A DNA stretch of 64,000 bases from Candidatus Zixiibacteriota bacterium. Its GTDB lineage: Bacteria > Zixibacteria > MSB-5A5 > GN15 > FEB-12. Positions 17,031 through 25,052 of the stretch are shown in pieces. The notes beneath the pieces were generated by a model that was not told where the DNA came from, did not search any database, and saw nothing but the letters and a program-made list of their open reading frames with translations. Each line of letters opens with the position of its first letter. Positions within the stretch are counted from its first letter, which is position 1. Both the position numbers and the translations under genes were made by a program. The DNA is taken from the NCBI GenBank assembly GCA_040752815.1, contig JBFMGC010000011.1, positions 6,352 through 70,351 on the forward strand, given 5' to 3'.

Positions 17031-19331
17031 GTGCTGAAAAGTTATCCCAGTCTTTTCCTACTTGGCTTTGTAGTCGCTGGAATCGTGGCGGCGTACCTGG
17101 TTACGCCGCCGTTGGCGTTGTGTGTCTCAGTAGGCGTAATTGCCCTGGCGCTGGCGGTATGGCAGCGCAGGAAGGAGCGCTGGGCCGTGTCGGCTCTCCT
17201 GGCCGGGTTGGCTCTGACTGCGGTGGCTGCGGTCAGCTTCACGCTGCGGTTCCATGTCGGCGGCACGGATCATATTCGGCAGGTCCTCGCGGTACCCACG
17301 CTGTGCCGGGTGTTCGGACAGGTCGACGACTGGCCTGAAATGAGACGGGGGAGGACCGAAATAACTATTGAAGTCGACTCGCTCTCCTTCCGCTCCGCTG
17401 CTGCTTCGCAGACTCGTCGAGTCTACGGACGCCTGCTTTTGAAGGTAACCGACACCACCACTTTGCTCCAGCGCGGCGATCGCATCGCTTTCTCTGCGCG
17501 CGTCTACCCGGTGCGTGCCGGGCGACACGACGACTTCGATTACGGTCGCTATCTCAACCTGCGGGGAATTTCCGCGCAGGCTTTCCTGCCCACCCTGCTA
17601 AGCGTACATGTGGATCGGCGCCCCCCTGTCGGTTTCTGGCCGATTGTAGATGACATCAGGGAGACCATTCGCGCGAGCTTCGACCGAAACCTCAGCCCGG
17701 TGACATCGGCCCTGGCGCGCGGTTTCCTCATCGGCGAAACCAGGGATATTCCCCCTGCCGTCTACACCCTGTTTCGCGACAGCGGCACGCTGCACCTGCT
17801 GGCAGTGTCCGGCGCCAACGTGGCCCTGGTGATCATCTTCTTTCTGTGGGTGATGCGCCCGTTCTGGCTGGGACCTGCCACCCGTTCGATCGTTCTCCTG
17901 ATTGTTATAGCTGTATTCGCAGGGGTTTCTTACGGGGACCCGTCGGTCATGCGCGCGTCTATTATGGCAGCGCTTGTTCTGGGTGCGCGCTTGCTCGGAC
18001 GCCCGTTCGATCTGAACAATATCATCGCGGTGACGGCGTTGATCGTCTTGCTCGTTCGGCCGGCGCAGCTTTTCGACGTAGGTTTCCAGTTGTCTTTCGT
18101 GACTGCCTGGGGGCTGGTTTTTGTCGTGCCGCGGCTGGCCGTGCTGTTCCAGCCGGTTCACGAGCGTCGCTGGTATCGGTGGCTGGTCTTGCCGGCAATG
18201 GTCGCTTTGGTCGCGCAGTTGTTTTCGACACCCTTGATTGCGCTGTACTTCGAGCGAATTCCCGTCATCTCTCTGGCGGCCAATCTGGCAGTTGTGCCGT
18301 TGGTGTCAGTCGGCGTCATTGGTATACTCGTCCTGCTGGTAGCTGATCTAATATGGCCATTGCTCGGCGCCTGGGTGGGCAGCCTAGTGAATCTCTGGCT
18401 GAACGCAGTCGTGATAGTCCTGCAGGTTTTCGGTGGCGACCACATGCCGGTTCTGGGGGCCGGTGCGCTTTTCGCTTCAAGCCTGGGGTCGTTGATAGTC
18501 GTCTTTATCTATGTGCTGCTCACTCTGACTGTAGTGGCAATCGTCCGCACATGGGCCAGAAAGGTTGTTGTATTCGGAGTTCTTCTGGCAGCAAACGCAT
18601 ACCTCGTCGCCGGTGTCGCGGCATCGTTGGACGGCGATTCAGCACGATTGCGAATCGAACGCATCCCCGGCGGATTGAGCGTTACGCTCTCGACACCCGA
18701 ACAAGCCGATGGCGATCTCGTCATCACCAATCTCACCCGTACGGCCTACGCCGCCGATTCCAGCATGCTCGTCCCGAACCTGCGCCGTCAAAATGTCTCA
18801 CGGCTTCGCCACCTGGTGGTGTTGGCCGCAGATTTCGATGCCATGGACTACATTCTGCGGCTGGCGCAGCGGTTTTCCGCTGACACCATCTGGATAGCTC
18901 GAGGTCTTGCAGGTACGGTCAGTGACGCGCAGGGCTTTCGTCGTGACATCGCATACGCCGGCGCCATTGTCCCGTTCGGCGGCCGAATCGATTCCACGGG
19001 ACGGTCGGGATGCCACCTTGGAGACGGGTATGTCGGCATTCGGGTCGGCGACGCTCAAATTGAAGTTGTGGAGTCGACGTCGCTGCATCGGCCGTCTTCA
19101 CTACCTGAGGCACAGAACCGTTTACTGGTAATCAGCGGACGCTGGACGCCAAACTCCGAAGACTGGCGCCGGATTGCAGAAGCCCGATATGACCGAATCA
19201 TCTGTTCAGAAATCGCACAGGCGTCCGGAGCCTCGTGGCCGGATGTCGAATTTGACACCGATGCCGTCACCCCAGACTTCGTGCAGGATTTGTCGCGCCT
19301 TGGCATGATCGAAATCGACCTCCCTCGCTGA
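17031..19331 (+). CDS. comEC: ComEC/Rec2 family DNA internalization channel protein
   Basis: N-terminal TM/OB region, then the competence domain with GTLHLLAVSGANVALV and many TM helices. The C-terminal ~230 aa has the position of the metallo-beta-lactamase domain but lacks an HxHxDH motif. Confidence 0.85.
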   Translation: MLKSYPSLFLLGFVVAGIVAAYLVTPPLALCVSVGVIALALAVWQRRKERWAVSALLAGLALTAVAAVSFTLRFHVGGTDHIRQVLAVPTLCRVFGQVDDWPEMRRGRTEITIEVDSLSFRSAAASQTRRVYGRLLLKVTDTTTLLQRGDRIAFSARVYPVRAGRHDDFDYGRYLNLRGISAQAFLPTLLSVHVDRRPPVGFWPIVDDIRETIRASFDRNLSPVTSALARGFLIGETRDIPPAVYTLFRDSGTLHLLAVSGANVALVIIFFLWVMRPFWLGPATRSIVLLIVIAVFAGVSYGDPSVMRASIMAALVLGARLLGRPFDLNNIIAVTALIVLLVRPAQLFDVGFQLSFVTAWGLVFVVPRLAVLFQPVHERRWYRWLVLPAMVALVAQLFSTPLIALYFERIPVISLAANLAVVPLVSVGVIGILVLLVADLIWPLLGAWVGSLVNLWLNAVVIVLQVFGGDHMPVLGAGALFASSLGSLIVVFIYVLLTLTVVAIVRTWARKVVVFGVLLAANAYLVAGVAASLDGDSARLRIERIPGGLSVTLSTPEQADGDLVITNLTRTAYAADSSMLVPNLRRQNVSRLRHLVVLAADFDAMDYILRLAQRFSADTIWIARGLAGTVSDAQGFRRDIAYAGAIVPFGGRIDSTGRSGCHLGDGYVGIRVGDAQIEVVESTSLHRPSSLPEAQNRLLVISGRWTPNSEDWRRIAEARYDRIICSEIAQASGASWPDVEFDTDAVTPDFVQDLSRLGMIEIDLPR

Positions 19332-19517
19332 TTAGTCTCAGAGCTCATGCGCCAAGGGATGTCGATTTAGCGTGCCATAGGGCGATCCTGCCCAACAGCG
19401 CCCCGGCTGGCTGCCCTTTCGCTTAAAGGAAAGCCCCTTTTGGCCCGATAACTATAAAGAATTGGCGTCAAAACAGGACCAGACTGCCTATCGAACTATG
19501 TCCAGGAAGTGACTAAG

Positions 19518-20729
19518 ATGAGTTTATCAGGTAATCTGAGAACAGTGGCGTTCCCCGACATCCTTCAGCTTCTTGCCACCGGCAAGAAAACCGGAATGCT
19601 GGAGTGCCGTACCACGACCCGCCAGAAGGAAGTTGCCTTCAAAGACGGCAATATCGTGTACGCGTCGTCGGTCAACAGCGCGGAGGATTTGCTCGGCAAC
19701 ATGCTGCTGAAACGGGGGCGGATTTCCAAGTCGGATCTCGAACGCGCGATCGGCCTGCACAAACAGACCGGCCGCCAGCTCGGCACGACCCTGATCGACA
19801 TGGGGCTGTTCGACAAGAATGAGATCGCCGAGTGCCTCAAGCTCCAGATCGAGGAGATCGTGTACAACCTGTTCTCGTGGCAGGAGGGCGATTTTGTCTT
19901 CCACGAGGGAGTCGCGCCGCGCAACGCGCCCTTTTTGATCGAGCTGGCCACCATGAACGTGATCATGGAGGGCACGCGCCGAATCGACGAGTGGATGGAG
20001 ATTCAGAAAGTACTTCCGGCCGACGACGTTCTGCTGCGCATCTCCAAGTCACCTAAGTCGAACCGAGAAGAACTGACCATTTCGATGGATGAGTTCCGCC
20101 TGCTGTCGCTCATCAACGGTGAACGAACCCTCCCCGAGCTGATCAATCTCTCGCCTATGGGCGAGTTCGTCACCTGCCGAGCGCTCTACCGTCTGATTGT
20201 CAATCACCTCGTTGAGGTGGCCGGCAAGAGCGAAAAGGCCCAGGATGCGGAACTCGAGGACGAGGAAGAGGCGGTGCTGGCGATTGTCTTCAAGCTGTAC
20301 TCAAATTGTTTCTATCAGGTGCACTCCCGCGTAGCCCAAATGCTGGGCGGCGAGAACACCAAGTACCCGTCGTTCGCATCGAAGTACCGCTCCGGCCTGA
20401 CCACGTTCTTCCCTGGGGTAGATCCCCGCTCCGACCTGATGCCGCCATTTGAAAAGTTTGTGGCGGCCGTGCGCTCCATGCCCGAACACATCCGCTATCA
20501 TCAGCTCATGGCCGGACTGGAGAGGATGCTTTCCGAGCAGCTCCTGTATGTCTACCAGCTTCTGGGCGACGGGGTCTTTCATGACACGATGACCAAAGTG
20601 AAAATGGAAATATCGGAACCGCTGGCCAGTCGGCGCGATCTGGTCAAACGGTACAACATCGAAGAAGATTTCTACGGTACGATCAAGCGTGCCGACAAAA
20701 TGGTGAAGCTTTTGAGGGGTTCGTTATGA
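19518..20729 (+). CDS. PATAN/DUF4388 domain protein
   Basis: The N-terminus SGNLRTVAFPDILQLLATGKKTGMLECRTTTRQKEVAFKDGNIVYASS matches the DUF4388 (PATAN) signature as I recall it. Start is set at the ATG at 19518, 8 nt after AGGAAG. The C-terminal ~200 aa is not recognised. Confidence 0.7.
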   Translation: MSLSGNLRTVAFPDILQLLATGKKTGMLECRTTTRQKEVAFKDGNIVYASSVNSAEDLLGNMLLKRGRISKSDLERAIGLHKQTGRQLGTTLIDMGLFDKNEIAECLKLQIEEIVYNLFSWQEGDFVFHEGVAPRNAPFLIELATMNVIMEGTRRIDEWMEIQKVLPADDVLLRISKSPKSNREELTISMDEFRLLSLINGERTLPELINLSPMGEFVTCRALYRLIVNHLVEVAGKSEKAQDAELEDEEEAVLAIVFKLYSNCFYQVHSRVAQMLGGENTKYPSFASKYRSGLTTFFPGVDPRSDLMPPFEKFVAAVRSMPEHIRYHQLMAGLERMLSEQLLYVYQLLGDGVFHDTMTKVKMEISEPLASRRDLVKRYNIEEDFYGTIKRADKMVKLLRGSL

Positions 20730-21088
20730 AGATGACCGGCATAACTACGTTGGTTCTGGTTTTTGGCCTGGTCGGCCGCAGCGAGGCGGCCAACCTGGGT
20801 GTGATTGTCAGCCCGCCGAATTTTCTGAGTCTGGTGGTGCTTGGCCTCGCGGTGGCGGCCATCGTGGTCGGCTTCCAGCTCTTGGGAGTCATTCGCGGAG
20901 GTTACCTTAGCCGGGCGTGGCAGATCTTTATCGCCGGTTTCGGCGTCCTGGCGCTCGCTCAAATCCTCACTCTGGTGCGGGTGACCGAGATTGCACCCAT
21001 CCCGGCCTGGGTGGCTCCGGCTTTGACGGCAATCGCCGCGGGAGTGTTCTTCTACGGAGTTTTCGAGACGAAAAAGGTCTTGAGCTGA
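20726..21088 (+). CDS. Small integral membrane protein (signal peptide + 3 TM)
   Basis: An ATGA start/stop overlap with the upstream gene suggests translational coupling. MKMTGITTLVLVFGLVGRSEA is followed by three hydrophobic helices. Confidence 0.6.
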   Translation: MKMTGITTLVLVFGLVGRSEAANLGVIVSPPNFLSLVVLGLAVAAIVVGFQLLGVIRGGYLSRAWQIFIAGFGVLALAQILTLVRVTEIAPIPAWVAPALTAIAAGVFFYGVFETKKVLS

Positions 21089-21099
21089 GTTTATTTGTG

Positions 21100-21128
21100 T
21101 TGACATAACCGCTTGGGAGATATATAAA
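21100..21128 (+). promoter_or_regulatory. Strong sigma70-like promoter inside the mgl/Roadblock cluster
   Basis: TTGACA (21100-21105), a 17-nt spacer, then TATAAA (21123-21128), 66 nt upstream of the TPR-Roadblock ATG. Confidence 0.5.
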
Positions 21129-21194
21129 TACCACAGCCCGGATTCGACCTCTCAGGCAACCGATTGATATTTCGGAAGTTACGAGCGGAAGCTA

Positions 21195-22064
21195 ATGACA
21201 GTCGACTTGGAAATCGATAATCGCATCACCAAGTGCCAGAAGATACTGGAGATGGATCCCAATTCGCAGATCTTCGCGGCGCTGGCGGAGGCGTACCGCA
21301 AAAAGGGCGAACTGGAAAAGGCGTTCCAGGTCTGTCACAATGGCCTGCGCCTGCATCCTAACTACGGCGCCGCCCACATGGTGATGGCCAGGGTCAACCT
21401 TGATCGCGGTCTCTACGATTGGGCTGAAGCCGAGTTGGAGAGGGCGCGGCAGGTCGACGGGAACAGCCGGACGATCGAACTCCTTCTGGCGGAGATCTAC
21501 ATATACAAGGGCGAGTACCAGGCCGCCATCCGCCTACTCAAGCGGCTCGCCGCATCCGATCCCGGCAACGATCATGTTCAGCGCCTGCTCGATATCGCTC
21601 TGCGCATTCCGCAGGAACAACAGGCTGAGCTTGGTGGCCCGGAGCCGGAACCGGAGCCGGTAAAACCTGAGCCGGTCACGCCGACTGCGCCCGTGCCAAG
21701 ACCCTTGGCTCCGACCCGCCTGAGTCCGGCTGAGATGCTGGCCGAATCGCTTCAGATAGGCGGTGTGGGCGGGGCGTTGTATGTCAATTCGGAAGGCTTG
21801 GTCCTCGAGACGAAGTGGAGTTCCAAAGCCGATCCGGCGGTATGTGGTGCGTCCATGGCTGAGGTCAGCAAGTTCCTCGACCAGGAGCTGATGAAGATTT
21901 CATTTGGCCGGGTTGGAGCAGTGCTTATCGAGACGGGTCGCCAGGTGTTCTATATCATCCGCGTAAGCGGCGGGATGTTTGTCATCATGAGCGACGCCAA
22001 CGTAAATCTCGGTTCGCTGCGAATGAGGATGGCCACGCTGGTCGAACGAGTGCAGATACTTTAG
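21195..22064 (+). CDS. TPR repeat - Pro-rich linker - Roadblock/LC7 domain fusion protein
   Basis: The N-terminus has about 3-4 TPR units (FAALAEAYRKKGELEKAFQVCHNGLRLHPN.., LLLAEIYIYKGEYQAAIRLLKRLAASDPGN). A PEPEPEPVKPEPVTP linker follows. The C-terminus GGVGGALYVNSEGLVLETKW...VLIETGRQVFYIIRVSGGMFVIMSDANVNLGSLRMRM is a Roadblock/LC7 pattern. Confidence 0.7.
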   Translation: MTVDLEIDNRITKCQKILEMDPNSQIFAALAEAYRKKGELEKAFQVCHNGLRLHPNYGAAHMVMARVNLDRGLYDWAEAELERARQVDGNSRTIELLLAEIYIYKGEYQAAIRLLKRLAASDPGNDHVQRLLDIALRIPQEQQAELGGPEPEPEPVKPEPVTPTAPVPRPLAPTRLSPAEMLAESLQIGGVGGALYVNSEGLVLETKWSSKADPAVCGASMAEVSKFLDQELMKISFGRVGAVLIETGRQVFYIIRVSGGMFVIMSDANVNLGSLRMRMATLVERVQIL

Positions 22065-22075
22065 GCAGGGCAGAT

Positions 22076-23059
22076 ATGGAAATGACCGGTCAGACTAACC
22101 GACGAATCATCATCTTCTCTTTGGGTGCGGTGATTGTACCTCTGGTGGTGTTTCCGTCCCGCCTCGGGACCGATATTGCCCGGGCCTCCCTGGTCAATGC
22201 GCTTTACGAACTGGTTTACTACGGCGTTGTGATATTCATATTCCACCGCAGTACCACGCTGCTTCGGCTGATTCAGGGAGCCGGGGTCTGTTTGATCTAC
22301 CGCCTCGCCCTCGGCGCAGTGTTCGGACTGCTGCTGGCGGCTGTCTATTCGCTGCAGACCAGGGTATCACTCACGCTGGGGATGTCCGGTTATCTCCCCG
22401 CTATACTGTTTCAAATAGCGCTGGCGCCGTTCGTGCTCAAGCCGGTGGTCGATCAGCTCTATGGTGATGAACCAGTACGGCGTCGGGCTGCCCCGCCAAT
22501 TCAGACCGACACGCGCGCGGAGTTTGTCCGCCCGGCACACGTTCCGGTCAAGCCTAAGGCGGCCCCGGAGGCGCCGAAGGTCCCGGCATTCGCGGCTGCC
22601 CGTAAACCCGATTCCGCAGCATACCACCGGAGTGCGGACTCCATGCGTGAACTTAACGGTTTCGATAGAGCCGTCTATTACCTTGGCGAACACAGCGCCG
22701 TGCAGCTGGCGACAATCGTGGACAGCGAGGGACTCACTCTGGGCAGCTTCAAGCGCGGTCAGGTCCGCCCTGAAGACTGGGCGCCGCTGGCTCTGCTGGT
22801 CGTGGGGGAGAGCGGCCAGGTGCTGGAGCGGGGGAATTTGGACGGTCTTGAAAAAGTCGACTTAATACTAAAAGATAAACGCCTGGTTGTGGCGCGGCCC
22901 GAGGGTCTCTACCTGATGGTCCTGGCCGAGCGCCACGATGATGACCTGCTCAACATCCGCATCAACCAGGCGCTGGAGATGATTAATAAGTTTGTCGCCG
23001 AGCGTTACGGCAATAAACTGCACCCGAACGCGGAGAGAGTTCATGTACCAAGTGCTTAG
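22076..23059 (+). CDS. Polytopic membrane protein with C-terminal Roadblock/LC7 domain
   Basis: About four N-terminal TM helices and a basic/Pro-rich linker. The C-terminus VQLATIVDSEGLTLGSF...KVDLILKDKRLVVARPEGLYLMVLAERHDDDLLNIRINQALEMI is a Roadblock pattern. Confidence 0.65.
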   Translation: MEMTGQTNRRIIIFSLGAVIVPLVVFPSRLGTDIARASLVNALYELVYYGVVIFIFHRSTTLLRLIQGAGVCLIYRLALGAVFGLLLAAVYSLQTRVSLTLGMSGYLPAILFQIALAPFVLKPVVDQLYGDEPVRRRAAPPIQTDTRAEFVRPAHVPVKPKAAPEAPKVPAFAAARKPDSAAYHRSADSMRELNGFDRAVYYLGEHSAVQLATIVDSEGLTLGSFKRGQVRPEDWAPLALLVVGESGQVLERGNLDGLEKVDLILKDKRLVVARPEGLYLMVLAERHDDDLLNIRINQALEMINKFVAERYGNKLHPNAERVHVPSA

Positions 23060-23384
23060 CGATCTCAATAAGACGCCCGGTGTGACCGGCTCAATGGTAG
23101 TCGGTAACGACGGTATCGTAATTGCCGCCGACATGGCGTCCGGTTTCGAGGGTGAGACAGTCGGCGCCCTGGCGGCGTCGATCACGTCCAACATCCAGAA
23201 ATCCCTGGACCGTTTGGACACCACGCCCTGGACTCAGGTGACAATAGAGGCGGACGATGCCAAGCTCTTCTTCACCGACGCCAGCCTGGGCATACTCGTG
23301 GTCACTACCGAAAAGGTGGTGAACATCGGGCTGATTCGTCTGGAGATACGAAACGCCATAGACAAGCTCAAGCTGTCGACCTGA
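23043..23384 (+). CDS. Roadblock/LC7 domain protein (MglC-like, stand-alone)
   Basis: Start is set at the ATG at 23043, a 17-nt overlap with the upstream gene. MYQVLSDLNKTPGVTGSMVVGNDGIVIAADM...TIEADDAKLFFTDASLGILVVTTEKVVNIGLIRLEIRNAI. Confidence 0.7.
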   Translation: MYQVLSDLNKTPGVTGSMVVGNDGIVIAADMASGFEGETVGALAASITSNIQKSLDRLDTTPWTQVTIEADDAKLFFTDASLGILVVTTEKVVNIGLIRLEIRNAIDKLKLST

Positions 23385-23412
23385 TCAGTCAGAGAATAGG
23401 ATTACTTTCTAT

Positions 23413-24471
23413 ATGGTCTCAATCAACTACTCGGCTCGTGAGGTATGCTGCAAAATTGTCTACTACGGACCGGGTTTATCCGGCAAGACGACCAACCTGC
23501 AGTATATCCACTCGAAGGTGCCGCAGAACACCCGGGGCAAGCTGATCTCGCTGGCCACCGAAGCCGACCGCACCCTGTACTTCGATTTCCTGCCCATCAA
23601 TATAGGCACGATCAACGATTTTCAGGCGAAGTTCCAGTTGTATACGGTGCCGGGACAGGTCTACTACAACGCTACCCGCAAGCTGGTGCTTCGAGGCGTG
23701 GACGGCCTGGTTTTTGTCGCCGACAGCCAGGCGGACAAGATGGATGAGAACATCGAGTCGCTGGCCAACCTCGAAGAAAACCTGCGCGAATACGGCTACG
23801 ATATCAATCAGTTGCCGCTGGTGCTGCAGTTCAATAAGCGTGACCTGCCGAACGTGCTGTCGGTTCAGGAACTCAACGCCCGTCTTAATCCCCGAGGCCT
23901 GCCTTTTTTCGAGGCCTCGGCGCCATCAGGAAAAGGAGTATTCGACACCCTCAAGTTGATCATAAAGCTGGTGCTGGACAAAGCCAAATCCGCCGGATCG
24001 TCGGCGATGAGCCAACGGGCAGCGCCGCCGCCAGCGGAAGCGGCGCCGTATCCATCCGGTGAGCGGGTGGCCGCCGCGCCGCAGCCGACCGCCGAGACAA
24101 TTCCGACTCGAACCGACTCGCCCCAGCCGGTAACCGCCGCACCCGACTGGAGAACCGCCGCGCAACCCGCGGCGAGTGAGTGGAACGCTCCGTCGCAGCC
24201 GACAGTGGCGGTAGCTCCCGATCCCGCGTTTCGTCCGTATCCGGGCAGTGATCGCCAGATGTCTGCGGAGCGTCGCACGGGCCGCGTGCCTGTCGTGTCC
24301 GCACCACGGGAGCTGCCGGCGGCATCATTAGAGAAAAACATCGGTTCCGATTCACGTGAGCACGCGACCGGCGCCGGTTCGATGAATACACCCCAGATGG
24401 CCCCCTCGCTCAGGCGTCGCGCCGCGAACAAGAAACGCAGCTTTTTCAAGCGCCTGTTCGGGATCAAATAG
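23413..24471 (+). CDS. mglA: MglA-type Ras-like GTPase with ~155-aa C-terminal low-complexity extension
   Basis: aa 1-195 are collinear with M. xanthus MglA as I recall it. Matching features are INYS.RE..CKIVYYGPGLSGKTTNLQYI (P-loop), ADRTLYFDFLP (intrinsic Arg), YTVPGQ (switch II), NKRD and GVFDTLK. A Pro/Ala-rich tail then ends in KKRSFFKRLFGIK. Confidence 0.88.
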   Translation: MVSINYSAREVCCKIVYYGPGLSGKTTNLQYIHSKVPQNTRGKLISLATEADRTLYFDFLPINIGTINDFQAKFQLYTVPGQVYYNATRKLVLRGVDGLVFVADSQADKMDENIESLANLEENLREYGYDINQLPLVLQFNKRDLPNVLSVQELNARLNPRGLPFFEASAPSGKGVFDTLKLIIKLVLDKAKSAGSSAMSQRAAPPPAEAAPYPSGERVAAAPQPTAETIPTRTDSPQPVTAAPDWRTAAQPAASEWNAPSQPTVAVAPDPAFRPYPGSDRQMSAERRTGRVPVVSAPRELPAASLEKNIGSDSREHATGAGSMNTPQMAPSLRRRAANKKRSFFKRLFGIK

Positions 24472-24489
24472 TTTTGCCTGGAGGACACT

Positions 24490-24975
24490 ATGTCTGACGA
24501 CAGTCTGATTATCTACGAAGAAGAAATAGCAACCATTGATGCACTTCTGAAGAAGATGCTCAAAGGGGCCGAGGCCAAGTGCGCTCTGCTGGTGGACAAG
24601 GACGGCCACCTGATCACGCGACAGGGCTTTACCCACTCGCTTGATACCACTGCGCTGGCGGCACTGCTGGCGGGCTCTTTCGCCTCGACCCGGGAAATCG
24701 CCCGGCTGGTCGGCGAATCCGAGTTTTCGGTGCTCTTCCACCAGGGTAAGAAAGACCACATCCACATGTCTATTGTGGGGGACCGCTCCATTCTTGTAGT
24801 TATATTCGACGATCGCACCACGATCGGTATGGTTCGCCTGTACGCCAAGGAGACGGCCGATGAGCTCGCCCGGGTGTTCAAGAACATCCGGGAGCGGAAA
24901 GAACCAGCCGAAGCGCTAAGCGGGGATTTCTCGGACAAGGCGCAGGAAAGGCTGAACGACATCTTCCAGGATTGA
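24490..24975 (+). CDS. mglB: MglB (Roadblock/LC7 GTPase-activating protein of MglA)
   Basis: LIIYEEEIATIDALLKKMLKGAEAKCALLVDKDGHLITRQG...LDTTALAALLAGSFA...HMSIVGDRSILVVIFDDRTTIGMVRLYAKETADEL closely parallels M. xanthus MglB as I recall it. A GGAGGA Shine-Dalgarno is present. Confidence 0.85.
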   Translation: MSDDSLIIYEEEIATIDALLKKMLKGAEAKCALLVDKDGHLITRQGFTHSLDTTALAALLAGSFASTREIARLVGESEFSVLFHQGKKDHIHMSIVGDRSILVVIFDDRTTIGMVRLYAKETADELARVFKNIRERKEPAEALSGDFSDKAQERLNDIFQD

Positions 24976-25052
24976 CCCCAGCCGCCGCCGGACCGAAAGT
25001 CCGGGAGGTCATTCAATAATACGAGGTCCTTTGCTGAAGTATTAGGCTGATT

